DNA of 64,000 bases from Candidatus Gottesmanbacteria bacterium (GCA_016186795.1 JACPKY010000002.1:465044-529043), one strand, 5' to 3'. Positions 28,779 through 38,531 are shown, counted from the first letter of the stretch. Program-made: numbers and translations. The notes: generated by a model from the sequence alone, not told the origin.

Positions 28779-29734
28779 AGGGAGCGGAAGTAGTTGATTG
28801 TATGAGAAAGACCGATTGTTAAAGATACACTAGGATCCCACCCGAGGAGTTTTTTGGCCTTGGTTATATCTGGTTTTCTTCTTTCTGGATCGTCTTCTTG
28901 AGGAGGATATCTCTTAATCTCCGAAGACGATTTCGTAAGATCAACAATGATCTTGCCAATTTCTGAAATTGTATACTCTTTTGGGTATCCTAGATTTATT
29001 ACCTCACTATTGGCGCCTTTGCTTTCCATAGCGCGACTGAGTCCATCAACCATATCAGACACGTAACAGAAAGACCGTGTTTGGGTGCCATCTCCATGCA
29101 TAGTCAGTGGAATATCCCGGAGAGCTTGGTTGATAAAGTTGGCAATCACTCGACCGTCTTCTCTATCCATCTTGGGTCCATACGTATTAAATATCCTGAT
29201 AATCCGAGTATCTACCTGGTATTTGCGATGATAATTCATGGTAATACTTTCAGCAAACCGCTTTCCCTCATCGTAACAAGACCGTACGCCGATCGGGTTG
29301 ACATTGCCGAAATACCCCTCCTTTTGTGGATGCACCAAAGGATTACCATACACTTCGCTCGTCGATGCTAAAAGAAATTTTGCCCGCTCCTCTTTTGCCA
29401 CTTCAAGCATGTTATAGGTCCCTATGGAGTTAACCAGGAGCGTTTCGATTGCATATTTTTTGTACTGAGGAGGACTTGCAGGGGAGGCTAAATGGTATAG
29501 TCTCGTAATGCCATGAATTTTTTGACGGATTTCTTTTTTTAAAGGTTGAATAATATCGTATTTGAAGAGGCGAAAGTTTTTCCTTCCCAAAAACTCCTCT
29601 ATGTTTTCTTTTTTTCCTGTTAGAAAGTTATCAATGCAAATAACCTCGTTCCCTTTTGCCAAAAGCGATTCAACAAGATGAGATCCTATAAAGCCGGCAC
29701 CACCCGTGATGAGAATTTTGCTTGGTGTTTTCAT
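28775..29734 (-). CDS. uxs: UDP-glucuronate decarboxylase (UDP-xylose synthase)
   Basis: KILITGGAGFIGSHLVESLLAKGNEVICIDNFLTGKKENIEEFLGRKNFRLFKYDIIQP aligns near-colinearly with the UXS1 core. Confidence 0.8.
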   Translation of the reverse strand: MKTPSKILITGGAGFIGSHLVESLLAKGNEVICIDNFLTGKKENIEEFLGRKNFRLFKYDIIQPLKKEIRQKIHGITRLYHLASPASPPQYKKYAIETLLVNSIGTYNMLEVAKEERAKFLLASTSEVYGNPLVHPQKEGYFGNVNPIGVRSCYDEGKRFAESITMNYHRKYQVDTRIIRIFNTYGPKMDREDGRVIANFINQALRDIPLTMHGDGTQTRSFCYVSDMVDGLSRAMESKGANSEVINLGYPKEYTISEIGKIIVDLTKSSSEIKRYPPQEDDPERRKPDITKAKKLLGWDPSVSLTIGLSHTINYFRSL

Positions 29735-29760
29735 GATTTACAAATATTGGGGGAAAACCT

Positions 29761-30735
29761 TTAGACCTTGACTCTCCAATAATTGAGAAGGTCTTCCATT
29801 GTTTTGGTAAAGGGGATTTCGGGTTTCCATCCTGTTTGCTTTTTAAATTTCGTCGCGTCTCCAACTAAGACTTCTACATCTGAAGGCCTCATCCGTTCTT
29901 TATCTTTTACAACTTTTATTTTAACTCGACTCATCGAGAGAAGAAGTTTTAGAACATCCCCAATTTTCCAAACATTCCCGCTTGCAATATTGTATACTTC
30001 TCCGGCAGAACAGCGCTCTACCGAAAGATAATATGCCCTAACCATATCCCGAACATCGGTATAGTCCCTCCGTGCCTCTAAATTCCCAACGTACACAACT
30101 GGAACTTTTTTCCCTTTCTCGATTTCTGCAATCTGTTTGGCAAATGTTGACTCTGCAAATACATCCCCACGTCTGGGACCTGTGTGATTGAACCCTCGGG
30201 TTCGAATAATTTTTACCCCGTAACTCTCATAGTATTGGTAGCCAAGATAGTCCATGGCAAGTTTGGAAACCGCATATGGCGAGAGAGGACGAAGAGCGTT
30301 TGTCTCCCGAATAGGAAGCTCGGATGGTAAAACTTTCCCGTACTCCTCAGAAGAGCAAGCAATCTGCATGACAATATCTAAACCGCTTTTTCTAACCGCT
30401 TCAAAGAGATGAACTGAACCAATAATGTTTACTTCAAGGGTATTGGAAGGTGATGCCCATGATGACTGAACATATGACTGAGCCGCAAGATGAAAGACAT
30501 ATTGAGGTCGAACCTCACCAATCACTTTGTAGAGGGAATGTGCATCTAAAAGATCTGCTTCATGAAAGCGGATCTTATTTGTTATATGTTCGATATTATC
30601 GTTTTTCGATCTCCACCTTTGAATCCCATGCACCTCAACATTTTCATTCAATAGAAGCTCCGCTAAATGGCTTCCGGCAAATCCAGTTATACCCGTCACG
30701 AGTGCTTTCTTCTTCTGTTTCTTGATCGTAGGCAT
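29761..30735 (-). CDS. GDP-mannose 4,6-dehydratase/Rmd-family SDR
   Basis: ALVTGITGFAGSHLAELLL..VEVHGI.R; ...SPYAVSKLAMDY...FNHTGPRRGDVF mirrors Gmd FNHESPRRGETF. Confidence 0.65.
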   Translation of the reverse strand: MPTIKKQKKKALVTGITGFAGSHLAELLLNENVEVHGIQRWRSKNDNIEHITNKIRFHEADLLDAHSLYKVIGEVRPQYVFHLAAQSYVQSSWASPSNTLEVNIIGSVHLFEAVRKSGLDIVMQIACSSEEYGKVLPSELPIRETNALRPLSPYAVSKLAMDYLGYQYYESYGVKIIRTRGFNHTGPRRGDVFAESTFAKQIAEIEKGKKVPVVYVGNLEARRDYTDVRDMVRAYYLSVERCSAGEVYNIASGNVWKIGDVLKLLLSMSRVKIKVVKDKERMRPSDVEVLVGDATKFKKQTGWKPEIPFTKTMEDLLNYWRVKV

Positions 30736-30738
30736 GTG

Positions 30739-32031
30739 TTATTCCCTCCCGACACCAACATAAGTAAAACCCAAGTTTTTGATTTTCTTTGGATCATAGA
30801 TATTTCTCCCATCAAAAAGGTACGGTTTCTTCATCACTTTTTTAAGTTTCAAAAGGTCAATCTGCTTGAATTCATTCCACTCAGTCAAAACAAGCAAAGC
30901 CCACACACCACGTGCTGCATGGATTGGATCCTTACAAAACGTCACATCACTCATATAGTGTTGGGCATTCTCCATCGCCACCGGATCAAATGCCTGAATT
31001 TTTGCGCCTTTCGCTTGAAGTTTCGCTATTATATCAATTGAGGGTGCTTCTCGCATATCATCAGTGTTTGGCTTAAAAGCAAGACCCAATACACCTATTG
31101 TTTTTCCCTTCACTCCGTTTAATTTTTTCATGACCTTAACGACGAATCGTTCTCGAGCTTCCTGATTGATTTCATGAACCGCACGGAGAAGTTGGAAATT
31201 GTATCCGTGCTTTTTTGAAATTGCAATAAGTGCTTTGACATCTTTTGGGAAACAACTTCCGCCGTACCCCACACCTGGATACAGAAATGATCTTCCCAGT
31301 CTTTTATCGAGTCCAACTCCAGTAAGCACCTCTTCAACGTCAGCTCCAACTGCATCGCATATAAATGACATTGCGTTGGCAAACGAAATTTTTGTTGAAA
31401 GAAGTGAATTGGAGGCATATTTTATCATCTCTGCAGTTTCAATTCCTGTTATAACGCGCTCACCATCAATTGGTTTATGAAGGTCAAGTAGAAGTTCTTT
31501 TGCCTTAAGGCTTTCACACCCGATAACTATTCTATCGGGATTTAAGCTGTCAGATATCGCACTTCCTTCACGCAAGAACTCTGGACAGGATGCGACGTCA
31601 AAAGGAATTTTCCCTGAGACAATCCTTTTAATAATTTTTGCGACCTCTCTGTTTGTCCCAACCGGTACAGTACTTTTGGTTACTACCACAGCGTACCTTT
31701 TCAGCGTCTGTCCGATCTTTTTGGCAGCCTGGTATACCGATGTCAGATCAGCCTCACCTGTTGAAGTTGAAGGCGTCCCAACGGAGATAAAGATAATCTG
31801 TGCGTCGGAAACTGCATCTTCGTAGTTTAAGGTAAATACCAGTCTGTCGGCTACAATATTTCTTTTTACGAGTTCATCAAGACCTGGTTCAAAAAACGGT
31901 GTAATCCCCTTTTTTAGCTTTTCAATTTTCGAAGGAGTCCTTCCCACGACCCAAACAGTATTACCAAGATCGGCAAATATGGAAGCTGTGACAAGGCCAA
32001 CATATCCGTGTCCAATGATTGCAATTGTCAT
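30739..32031 (-). CDS. ugd: UDP-glucose 6-dehydrogenase
   Basis: MTIAIIGHGYVGLVTASIFADLGNTVWVVG...; UDPG/MGDP dehydrogenase N-terminal, central and C-terminal signatures, with catalytic Cys in GGSCFPKD. Confidence 0.85.
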   Translation of the reverse strand: MTIAIIGHGYVGLVTASIFADLGNTVWVVGRTPSKIEKLKKGITPFFEPGLDELVKRNIVADRLVFTLNYEDAVSDAQIIFISVGTPSTSTGEADLTSVYQAAKKIGQTLKRYAVVVTKSTVPVGTNREVAKIIKRIVSGKIPFDVASCPEFLREGSAISDSLNPDRIVIGCESLKAKELLLDLHKPIDGERVITGIETAEMIKYASNSLLSTKISFANAMSFICDAVGADVEEVLTGVGLDKRLGRSFLYPGVGYGGSCFPKDVKALIAISKKHGYNFQLLRAVHEINQEARERFVVKVMKKLNGVKGKTIGVLGLAFKPNTDDMREAPSIDIIAKLQAKGAKIQAFDPVAMENAQHYMSDVTFCKDPIHAARGVWALLVLTEWNEFKQIDLLKLKKVMKKPYLFDGRNIYDPKKIKNLGFTYVGVGRE

Positions 32032-32912
32032 GTTTTTTTCTCTTGAAAGGTTAGCTGTTTTTTCATCTCTGAAAGTCCCTCAGCAAACCCCAGCATTTTA
32101 ACGCCCAATCGGGCTATTTTATCATTTTTCAAAGCTAAACGACAAGGACGAAACGCTCGATCATGGAAAAACACCTCCCGCGTTGTTTTTTCTACATCAC
32201 CCGTCAATTGAAATACGTCCATTATTCGTTTCGTAGCCTCATCAGGAGTGAGGCTTTCACTCCCAACCGCATGAAAAATGCCCTCTGCATTTTGGCGAAT
32301 AACCTCATCAATCGCAATTGCGAAGTCATCGATAAATGTCGGTGTAAAAATATGGTCTGTGAGAGAAAAAATCTTTTCTTTATGAGTTAATTTTTCAATT
32401 ATTCTTCTGACAAAATCCATTTTCTCGGAAAATTCTGCTCGGTATGGATAGGCTAGCCTAAAGATGACAAATTCTACACCCGAATCTGTTACTATACTCT
32501 CCCCCATGTACTTGGTATATCCATACCAGTTTAGAGGATTTGGAGTATCGGTCTCTATATAGAACTCTTTCGTCCCATCAAAAACAAAGTCGGTAGAAAT
32601 GTAAATAACTTTTTTCCCTGTTTTTCTTGCCGCATCAATAATATTTCTTGTTCCTTCGACGTTTACTCTCCACGCAGCTCCTTCTTCACCCAAGATTTTA
32701 TCATCCTCACACGCATCAACATCTGTTATCGCTGCCATGTGGAGGATCGTAGATGCCAAAGACTCTCCAACGCGTTTCTGCACCTGTTCAACGTTGGTTA
32801 TATCAACATGTGTTTTCAAGCTTAAATCTTCAAACGTATAGTACTCACGAAGAAGTTCTTGTATACGTGTGCCAACCAATCCGGATAGTCCAGTTCCAAC
32901 AATTGCGTTCAT
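32028..32912 (-). CDS. rmlD: dTDP-4-dehydrorhamnose reductase
   Basis: ...HMAAITDVDACEDD...YISTDFVFDG...NPLNWYGYTKYMGE matches the RmlD substrate-binding domain. Confidence 0.7.
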   Translation of the reverse strand: MNAIVGTGLSGLVGTRIQELLREYYTFEDLSLKTHVDITNVEQVQKRVGESLASTILHMAAITDVDACEDDKILGEEGAAWRVNVEGTRNIIDAARKTGKKVIYISTDFVFDGTKEFYIETDTPNPLNWYGYTKYMGESIVTDSGVEFVIFRLAYPYRAEFSEKMDFVRRIIEKLTHKEKIFSLTDHIFTPTFIDDFAIAIDEVIRQNAEGIFHAVGSESLTPDEATKRIMDVFQLTGDVEKTTREVFFHDRAFRPCRLALKNDKIARLGVKMLGFAEGLSEMKKQLTFQEKKT

Positions 32913-33916
32913 TGTTTATACTGCTTTCTGTAGTAGTCCTGAAATTCCCCCTTCTTAACTTTCTTCCACCATGAAGTATTTTCTTTATACCATTCGACTG
33001 TTTTTCCAAGCCATGTTTCAAAGTCATGCTCCGGCTTCCATCCAAACTCTTTTTCTATCTTTCTAAAGTCCATTGCGTATCGCCGATCGTGCCCAGGTCT
33101 ATCTTTTACATACTCAATCCACGAGTCATCTTTGTCCATAAGAGAAAGAATCTTTTTGACAACTTCAAGATTGGTTATATCTTTTGTCATTCCTCCAACA
33201 CAATACGTTTCTCCTATTTTTCCATTCCGAAGTACTTGATCAATTGCCCGGCAGTGATCCTCTACATACAACCAATCTCTCACATATCTTCCATCACCAT
33301 ACACTGGGATTTTTTTTCCTTCTAAAATGTTCGTTATTGCAAGGGGAATAAGTTTCTCCGGATGTTGAAACGGACCAAAGTTATTTGAGCAATTGGTAAT
33401 CGTTACCGGTAGCCCATACGTTATACAGTAAACCCGTACCATGTAATCGGCTGCAGCTTTGCTTGCTGCATACGGACTTCTGGGATTATAGGGCGTACTT
33501 TCCCGAAATTTCTCCTTTGATTCGATTTCAAGAGACCCGAATACTTCATCAGTCGATATGTGATGAAACCTTTTAACCTTTTTTCTTAAAGCTGCATCAA
33601 GAAGGACCTGGGTACCAATGATGTTGGTTCGAAGAAATACGGGAGGATCGACAATTGACCTATCAACATGACTTTCTGCAGCAAAGTGGACAACGGTATC
33701 GACCCCATCCATAATCTCCGAAACGAGTTTAACGTCGCAGATATCTCCCTGTATGAATGAATACGTGGGTGAAGAAATTGAGGCTAAATTGGCAAGGTTT
33801 CCAGCATATGTCAGTTTATCAAGATTGATAATCTGATCATTTGGATGGTACTTGAGCCAATAGAGAAGAAAGTTACTTCCGATAAATCCAGCTCCACCAG
33901 TTACAAGTAGTTTCAT
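32909..33916 (-). CDS. rmlB: dTDP-glucose 4,6-dehydratase
   Basis: MKLLVTGGAGFIGSNFLLYWLKYHPNDQIINLDKLTYAGNLANL...YAASKAAADY. Confidence 0.85.
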   Translation of the reverse strand: MKLLVTGGAGFIGSNFLLYWLKYHPNDQIINLDKLTYAGNLANLASISSPTYSFIQGDICDVKLVSEIMDGVDTVVHFAAESHVDRSIVDPPVFLRTNIIGTQVLLDAALRKKVKRFHHISTDEVFGSLEIESKEKFRESTPYNPRSPYAASKAAADYMVRVYCITYGLPVTITNCSNNFGPFQHPEKLIPLAITNILEGKKIPVYGDGRYVRDWLYVEDHCRAIDQVLRNGKIGETYCVGGMTKDITNLEVVKKILSLMDKDDSWIEYVKDRPGHDRRYAMDFRKIEKEFGWKPEHDFETWLGKTVEWYKENTSWWKKVKKGEFQDYYRKQYKQ

Positions 33917-33918
33917 AC

Positions 33919-34437
33919 TTAGCTCTTTCGTGGAAGTTGTTGCAGCCAGTCATACCCAATAGTTGGATCATCATGGTCAATTCTTCCCTCTTCTTGGGTG
34001 CTATATACTCCGGAAGTCACGTAAAAAAGTTCCGAGGTCGGCGTCAATACTTTACACCCATGGGCAACACCCGGAGGAATCTTCAGAATAATATCCTCCC
34101 CATCTTCCCCAAGTACAAACTCATTGATCCTCAAATACGTTTTTGAGACTTTGCGCATATCACAAAGTGCCACCCAAAGCGACCCTTTCGCAACATACCA
34201 CCAGTCAGTTTGTGTTTTATGGATATGCCAGGCTTTAGTAACTCCCTCTTTCATAAAAGAGTGAGAAAGCTGTCCAAATCCTTCTTTGAAAAACTCGTCA
34301 GTTACTCGTATGAGTTCTTCAAAGAATCCTCGTTCGTCGTAATTACGAGTAAGGTTTTTTACCTTTACCCCCTCAATAAGGGTTTGAGAGGAAGGAGCAG
34401 GATATTTCACACCCTTCCAACCTCCTTTTTCGCCCAA
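33919..34437 (-). CDS. rmlC: dTDP-4-dehydrorhamnose 3,5-epimerase
   Basis: RmlC-type cupin: ...RNYDERGFFEELIRV...SHSFMKEGVTKAWHIHK...GVAHGCKVL. Confidence 0.8.
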   Translation of the reverse strand: MGEKGGWKGVKYPAPSSQTLIEGVKVKNLTRNYDERGFFEELIRVTDEFFKEGFGQLSHSFMKEGVTKAWHIHKTQTDWWYVAKGSLWVALCDMRKVSKTYLRINEFVLGEDGEDIILKIPPGVAHGCKVLTPTSELFYVTSGVYSTQEEGRIDHDDPTIGYDWLQQLPRKS

Positions 34438-35147
34438 TATTTATTGGCTTGGAATAATGTCTCAAATGTACCACAATCTGACCAAAATCCGGTGAGTTCA
34501 GTCCAGGAAAGGCTGACATCTTTGATATATTGGTTGTTCACATCAGAAATTTCCAGTTCATTTCTCCAAGACGGTTTACAAGACCTAATGTAGTCAAAAA
34601 CTTTTGCATCATACAGGTAAAGACCTGTTGCCACATAGTTACTTTTGGGAATTTTGGGCTTTTCTTCAATCGCTGCAATTTTTTTGGGATCTTTAGCATC
34701 AAAAACAACAACGCCAAACCGTTTCAACTGATGAGGATCATCTATTTTTTTAATAAAAAGGAGAGCTCCTTTTTGGAAACTCTTTACTGCACTTTTCAGG
34801 TCCATATCGGTGGTGTTGTCCCCAAGTATTACGGCAATATTGCCATTATCGGCAAAATCTTCAGAAAGGCTCAGTGCATCGGCAATTCCCCCGTCAGGTT
34901 TTTCCTGGTAAGCAAATTCAAGATGTTTGACCCCCAATTCTTTCCCATTTTTCAAAACACGGATGAAATGCCCGGCATGAGGTCCGCTTACAACGACGAG
35001 AATCTCTGTAATACCACTATTTACAAGTGTAGCTATGGGATAAAAAATCATGGGTTTATCATAGACAGGAAGAAGGTGTTTGTTGGTGGCGTAGGTAAGA
35101 GGATAGAGCCGGGTTCCAAGTCCTCCGGCAAGAATGACACCTTTCAT
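34407..35147 (-). CDS. rmlA: Glucose-1-phosphate thymidylyltransferase
   Basis: MKGVILAGGLGTRLYPLTYATNKHLLPVYDKPMIFYPIATL. Confidence 0.85.
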   Translation of the reverse strand: MKGVILAGGLGTRLYPLTYATNKHLLPVYDKPMIFYPIATLVNSGITEILVVVSGPHAGHFIRVLKNGKELGVKHLEFAYQEKPDGGIADALSLSEDFADNGNIAVILGDNTTDMDLKSAVKSFQKGALLFIKKIDDPHQLKRFGVVVFDAKDPKKIAAIEEKPKIPKSNYVATGLYLYDAKVFDYIRSCKPSWRNELEISDVNNQYIKDVSLSWTELTGFWSDCGTFETLFQANKYWAKKEVGRV

Positions 35148-35431
35148 AATCGCGTGAAGAGCGCTCCTCGCAACAGTATAACGGAAAGTAGCGACATAAG
35201 TAGATATTCTACCACAATCTTGGGATGGAGATCACCTTCGAGAGTATGATAGAGAACGCCCCATAGAAAATACATGCCTGCCATTATTGTTCCAATGAAA
35301 AATTGTTGCGATGGTTTTCCCTGATTTGCCCAAAATAGACTTACCCCAATCCCAAGAATAAGGGCTAAAACTAGAAAACGAAGCACTTGTGACGTAGATG
35401 GATGGATACTTTTTGTTGTATGATTTGGCAT
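35144..35431 (-). CDS. Small membrane protein (2-3 TM), unknown function
   Basis: Hydrophobic ORF starting at the internal ATG (MPNHTTKSIHP...). The upstream part of the ORF-track entry (to 35551) is Cys/Trp-rich and not protein-like. Confidence 0.35.
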   Translation of the reverse strand: MPNHTTKSIHPSTSQVLRFLVLALILGIGVSLFWANQGKPSQQFFIGTIMAGMYFLWGVLYHTLEGDLHPKIVVEYLLMSLLSVILLRGALFTRL

Positions 35432-35442
35432 GGTTTTCCCTA

Positions 35443-36336
35443 TTATAAAATAACTCCAATACCAGCCGCACTCATAGCACCAATTATTGCGGCTAAGAAA
35501 ATAAAGTGTGCAAGACTGTGACTTACAAGACGCTGGGTACGGTGTCGCCACATGTAAATGCTATCGACAAAAAGGACAACAAGAAGAAATTCAGAAAGAA
35601 CGAGCGATGTCGTTTTTGCATTTATACCGAAGATTAAACTCTGTGATATGGGGGAAATCTCTTCTCTATCATCTAGTTCTCCCTCTATGCTTGGTAATTG
35701 ACTAATTTCAATGATTTCCTTCTCTGATGTGGTTGTGGGTTTATCTTGACTAGCAGTTTCCTTGGCAAGACGAGCCCCAAACTCCTGAACAACAAGCGTC
35801 GTATCTTGACCGTTTAGCCTTCCGTTGACCACCGCTACCCCAATTTCTTTATACTCTGGTTTCAAAAGATTTGCCCTATGGGTTGGAGATTTCATCCAGG
35901 CATCGACAACATCTTGCGAATAATCAAAATCTTTGGCGAGATTTTCCCCTGCATAGATATATTTATATCCAGTTGAAGTAATAAATACCCACGGAGTCTG
36001 ACCCGAAGGTGATATATGAGCCCAGTAATTATAGCTAAACATGTCAGAGGCTTTGTTGGTTGCAGCTGATGATAACTCCAAAGACTCAGAAAGCGGGGGG
36101 AGATTACTCTCCTGCCTTTTTTGATTTACCAACTCAATGATTTTTTGTGATGAAATATCTGTAGCAAACCCAAGGACATTTCGTTGGTAGTGATAGAGAA
36201 ATGTCGCACCAATCTGGAAGGCAAAAAGAAGAACAATATAGAAAAGGATCGAACTTGCATGAAGTGTTTTCGCACGGAAATTATTGGACTCGTGGGGATA
36301 GAAATAATGGTGGAAAATCCCTCTGATAGAACCCAT
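35443..36336 (-). CDS. CAP/SCP (PR-1-like, YkwD-type) domain protein with N- and C-terminal TM segments
   Basis: N-terminal TM, then a CAP-domain core ...LSSAATNKASDMFSYNYWAHISPSG...YIYAGENLAKDFDYSQDVVDAWMKSPTHRANLLKPEYKEIGVAV; C-terminal hydrophobic region. Confidence 0.7.
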   Translation of the reverse strand: MGSIRGIFHHYFYPHESNNFRAKTLHASSILFYIVLLFAFQIGATFLYHYQRNVLGFATDISSQKIIELVNQKRQESNLPPLSESLELSSAATNKASDMFSYNYWAHISPSGQTPWVFITSTGYKYIYAGENLAKDFDYSQDVVDAWMKSPTHRANLLKPEYKEIGVAVVNGRLNGQDTTLVVQEFGARLAKETASQDKPTTTSEKEIIEISQLPSIEGELDDREEISPISQSLIFGINAKTTSLVLSEFLLVVLFVDSIYMWRHRTQRLVSHSLAHFIFLAAIIGAMSAAGIGVIL

Positions 36337-36403
36337 ATTCCAATTGTGTCAAACAAGCGGGAGAAATTCAAGGAAAAGGAGAAATAATAACTTGACAGAC
36401 TTA

Positions 36404-38290
36404 TTAACAAACACCCGTGTTTGTATTACCTTGAGAGGGGACGCCACATGTCTTCCAGGATCCACCATCTGGTTCTCTCCCAATTGCTGTATCTTCTCCT
36501 GGATCAGAAAGGTATTGATGTTGATCGATTAGTGTCCCATCTCCTGCAAATAGAACGACAAAATCTCCACCATCATTAAGAAAACCTGTACCGAGAAGTT
36601 GAAAAGGGTAGAGAGGATTTGAAGTATTAAGAGATGTTAGTGGAATTTTATCACTACTCCCTGCATCGCTATCAAAATTGGTATCATCATCAATATAAAA
36701 TGAAGAAAGATCGATGCTACCCGGATTGTAAAACTCGACCCATTCCTGCGGAAATGTTGACCCAACATGGGCAACAAATTCATTGATAAGAACCTGAGAA
36801 CCTGTTGGAGACGGCGTGGGAGTCTCTGATGGGGTAGGAGTTGGGGTATCAATTGGAGTTGGAGTTTGGGTAGGGGTAGTTAATGGTGTTACCCCGGCAT
36901 CAACTGCTATTTCTCCATCGGAACGAACTGTATTGTAAATTTTTACTTCGTCGATAAAGCCGTTGAAGTTACGACCATCTCCTTTTTTTCCGATAACAAC
37001 TGGTTGTCCGGAAGAACTTGGTATTAATTGAGCTTCGGTATGCTGTAATAACCCATTTATATAAATTTTTGTTTGAGCTCCATCATTTGTAAATGCAATA
37101 TGGTACCAATTGCCTATCGTTAAAGGTAGAGATGTTGCGCATACTTGAGTATTTGCAAACATAAATACACTTCCGCTTGTGCCACATCGGCTCCCATCAT
37201 CTACCCCAAACGCCCATGAACTTCCAATGTTACTTTTTGCAATTGGATACCGAAAATCATCAAGTGAGTTTGGTTTTATCCATAATGCAACAGTTAAAGG
37301 AGCACTATCGGGCAGACTTGTAGAATCCAAAACATTTATAAAATCATCATTACCATCATTAATTATTGCTCCATTCACTTGGCCACTTCCTGTCCAACCT
37401 GATGAAACTGTTGGTGGATCACCATAGAAATTTAGTGCTCCATTATTACCATTCCCCGAGGAATCATTTGCTGTCGTTCCGGTTCCTTCATCCAAATTTA
37501 AATATAGGACCAATGGCCCTATTGGACCTGTTGTGGGACTTGGTGTTGGAATCGGGGTCTCTGTTGGAGTTGGAGTATCTGTGGGAGTAGGCGTTTCGGT
37601 AGGAGTAACTGTTGGAGTTTCGGTTGGTGTGGGAGTATCTGTTGGAGTCGGTGTTAATGTTTCTGTTGGTGTAAGAGTTGGGGTTGGAGTATCTGTCGGA
37701 ATCTCTGGAGGTGTCGGAGTGATGGTCTCGGTTGGAGTTGGAGTCTCTGTTGGGGTTTCTGTTGGAGTCAATGTCGGTGTCGGTGTTTCGGTGTGAAGAG
37801 GGGTAGAACTTGGTGTTGGCGTCACGGTCTCTGTTGGTGTTGGTGTTTCGGAAGGAGTAGGTGTTGGCGTATCACTCGGAGTGGGAGATGGAGTTTCTGT
37901 CGGTGTCGGCGTTTCTGTCGGAGTTGCCGTTGGTGTTTCGGTTGGTGTGGGAGTAATTGTTTCAGTTGGAGTGGGAGTTTCAGTTGCGGTAGGGGTTGGC
38001 GTTTCTGTTAAAGTGGGGGTTGGCGTTTCGGTGGACGTCGCAGTTGGAGTAATAGTAGGTGTTGGAGTTACTGTAGGCGTAGAGCCACCGAGCGGCTGCA
38101 ATGGGGCAAGTGTCGGAAGTGGTACAAGTGTAGGAAGAGGATTAAGTCGGGGAAATGGCAAAAGTCTTGATAAATTCGGTAGAGGAAGAAATGGAAACTG
38201 AAAAGCGTATGTTGTCGTTGGGGTAACAAAAAGTGTTGCTAATCCTAAAAAGCAACCTATAAGAAAAAGGCGAATATTGAATAATTTCAT
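36404..38290 (-). CDS. Secreted surface protein: signal peptide, long Thr-Pro-Glu repeat linker, LamG-like (concanavalin-A-like lectin) domain, second TP linker, lamin-tail domain (LTD)
   Basis: Signal peptide [22 protein letters not shown], then about 250 aa of TPTPTETP repeats. The LamG_3-like core is [22 protein letters not shown]...LWIKPNSL...[25 protein letters not shown]...[12 protein letters not shown]. The C-terminal LTD is [37 protein letters not shown]. The ORF track extends to 38392 (MHICTCLPP...), but that extension contains a complete intrinsic terminator hairpin. Confidence 0.7.
   Translation of the reverse strand: MKLFNIRLFLIGCFLGLATLFVTPTTTYAFQFPFLPLPNLSRLLPFPRLNPLPTLVPLPTLAPLQPLGGSTPTVTPTPTITPTATSTETPTPTLTETPTPTATETPTPTETITPTPTETPTATPTETPTPTETPSPTPSDTPTPTPSETPTPTETVTPTPSSTPLHTETPTPTLTPTETPTETPTPTETITPTPPEIPTDTPTPTLTPTETLTPTPTDTPTPTETPTVTPTETPTPTDTPTPTETPIPTPSPTTGPIGPLVLYLNLDEGTGTTANDSSGNGNNGALNFYGDPPTVSSGWTGSGQVNGAIINDGNDDFINVLDSTSLPDSAPLTVALWIKPNSLDDFRYPIAKSNIGSSWAFGVDDGSRCGTSGSVFMFANTQVCATSLPLTIGNWYHIAFTNDGAQTKIYINGLLQHTEAQLIPSSSGQPVVIGKKGDGRNFNGFIDEVKIYNTVRSDGEIAVDAGVTPLTTPTQTPTPIDTPTPTPSETPTPSPTGSQVLINEFVAHVGSTFPQEWVEFYNPGSIDLSSFYIDDDTNFDSDAGSSDKIPLTSLNTSNPLYPFQLLGTGFLNDGGDFVVLFAGDGTLIDQHQYLSDPGEDTAIGREPDGGSWKTCGVPSQGNTNTGVC
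37500..38110 (-). repeat. Coding tandem repeat array (ACN-CCN-ACN-GAR units) encoding the TPTPTETP linker
   Basis: Visible nucleotide periodicity (ggagt-/gttgg-/gtcgg-type units). Gives rise to spurious GVGV ORFs on the opposite strand (37533..37796, 37881..38201). Confidence 0.6.
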
Positions 38291-38305
38291 CTTTGTATTC
38301 CGAAA

Positions 38306-38331
38306 TAAAAAATCCACCGGTGACGGTGGAC
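38306..38331 (-). terminator. Intrinsic terminator (CCACCG-TCAC-CGGTGG + U6) inside the leader / N-terminal extension of the LamG-LTD gene
   Basis: Minus-sense GGTCCACCGTCACCGGTGGATTTTTTATTTCGG: a perfect 6-bp GC-rich stem with a tetraloop followed by a U-tract. Confidence 0.5.
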
Positions 38332-38394
38332 CTGCATCAATGGTAATTAAAAGATTCTTCGATAACGGAGGTAGGCAAGTGCATATATGCATTC

Positions 38395-38421
38395 ATTGAC
38401 CTCCGTGTGCGGTTGGTCAAT
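38395..38421 (-). promoter_or_regulatory. Conserved leader RNA stem-loop, copy A (lower stem ATTGACC/GGTCAAT, loop AACCGCACACGGA) embedding an SD-like GGAGG
   Basis: Minus-sense ATTGACCAACCGCACACGGAGGTCAAT. ACGGAGGT can alternatively pair with ACCTCCGT (38365-38372). Confidence 0.45.
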
Positions 38422-38437
38422 ACTTTAGATTAATTTC

Positions 38438-38465
38438 ATTCTACTTGGGGACTATCATCTGTCAA
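38438..38465 (-). promoter_or_regulatory. Sigma70-like promoter TTGACA-16-TAGAAT for the LamG-LTD leader
   Basis: Minus-sense CTAGTTGACAGATGATAGTCCCCAAGTAGAATG, located between the sortase stop and the leader motif. Confidence 0.35.
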
Positions 38466-38531
38466 CTAGGAGTATGTATACTAAAGTACGAAGAACTGGA
38501 TCAGAGGAAAATTGAATGAAACCCAAACGTA

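Noticed and set aside
36780-38110. Possibility that the short direct nucleotide repeats are a CRISPR array or mobile-element repeat
   Set aside because: The repeats are in-frame codon repeats (ACN CCN ACN GAR) inside a long ORF encoding a TP linker. There are no unique spacers and no cas genes.
37533-38201. Plus-strand ORFs encoding GVGVSVGV.../CRWC-rich peptides
   Set aside because: Antisense or alternate-frame translations of the TPTPTE coding tandem repeat. Periodic low-complexity artefacts.
38290-38392. N-terminal 34-codon extension of the LamG/LTD gene as annotated in the ORF track (start at 38392)
   Set aside because: Although an SD-like GGAGGT precedes that ATG, the extension encodes no signal peptide and contains a perfect intrinsic terminator. 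The Met35 start ([12 protein letters not shown]...) gives a canonical signal peptide. I treat the extension as leader / possible leader peptide.
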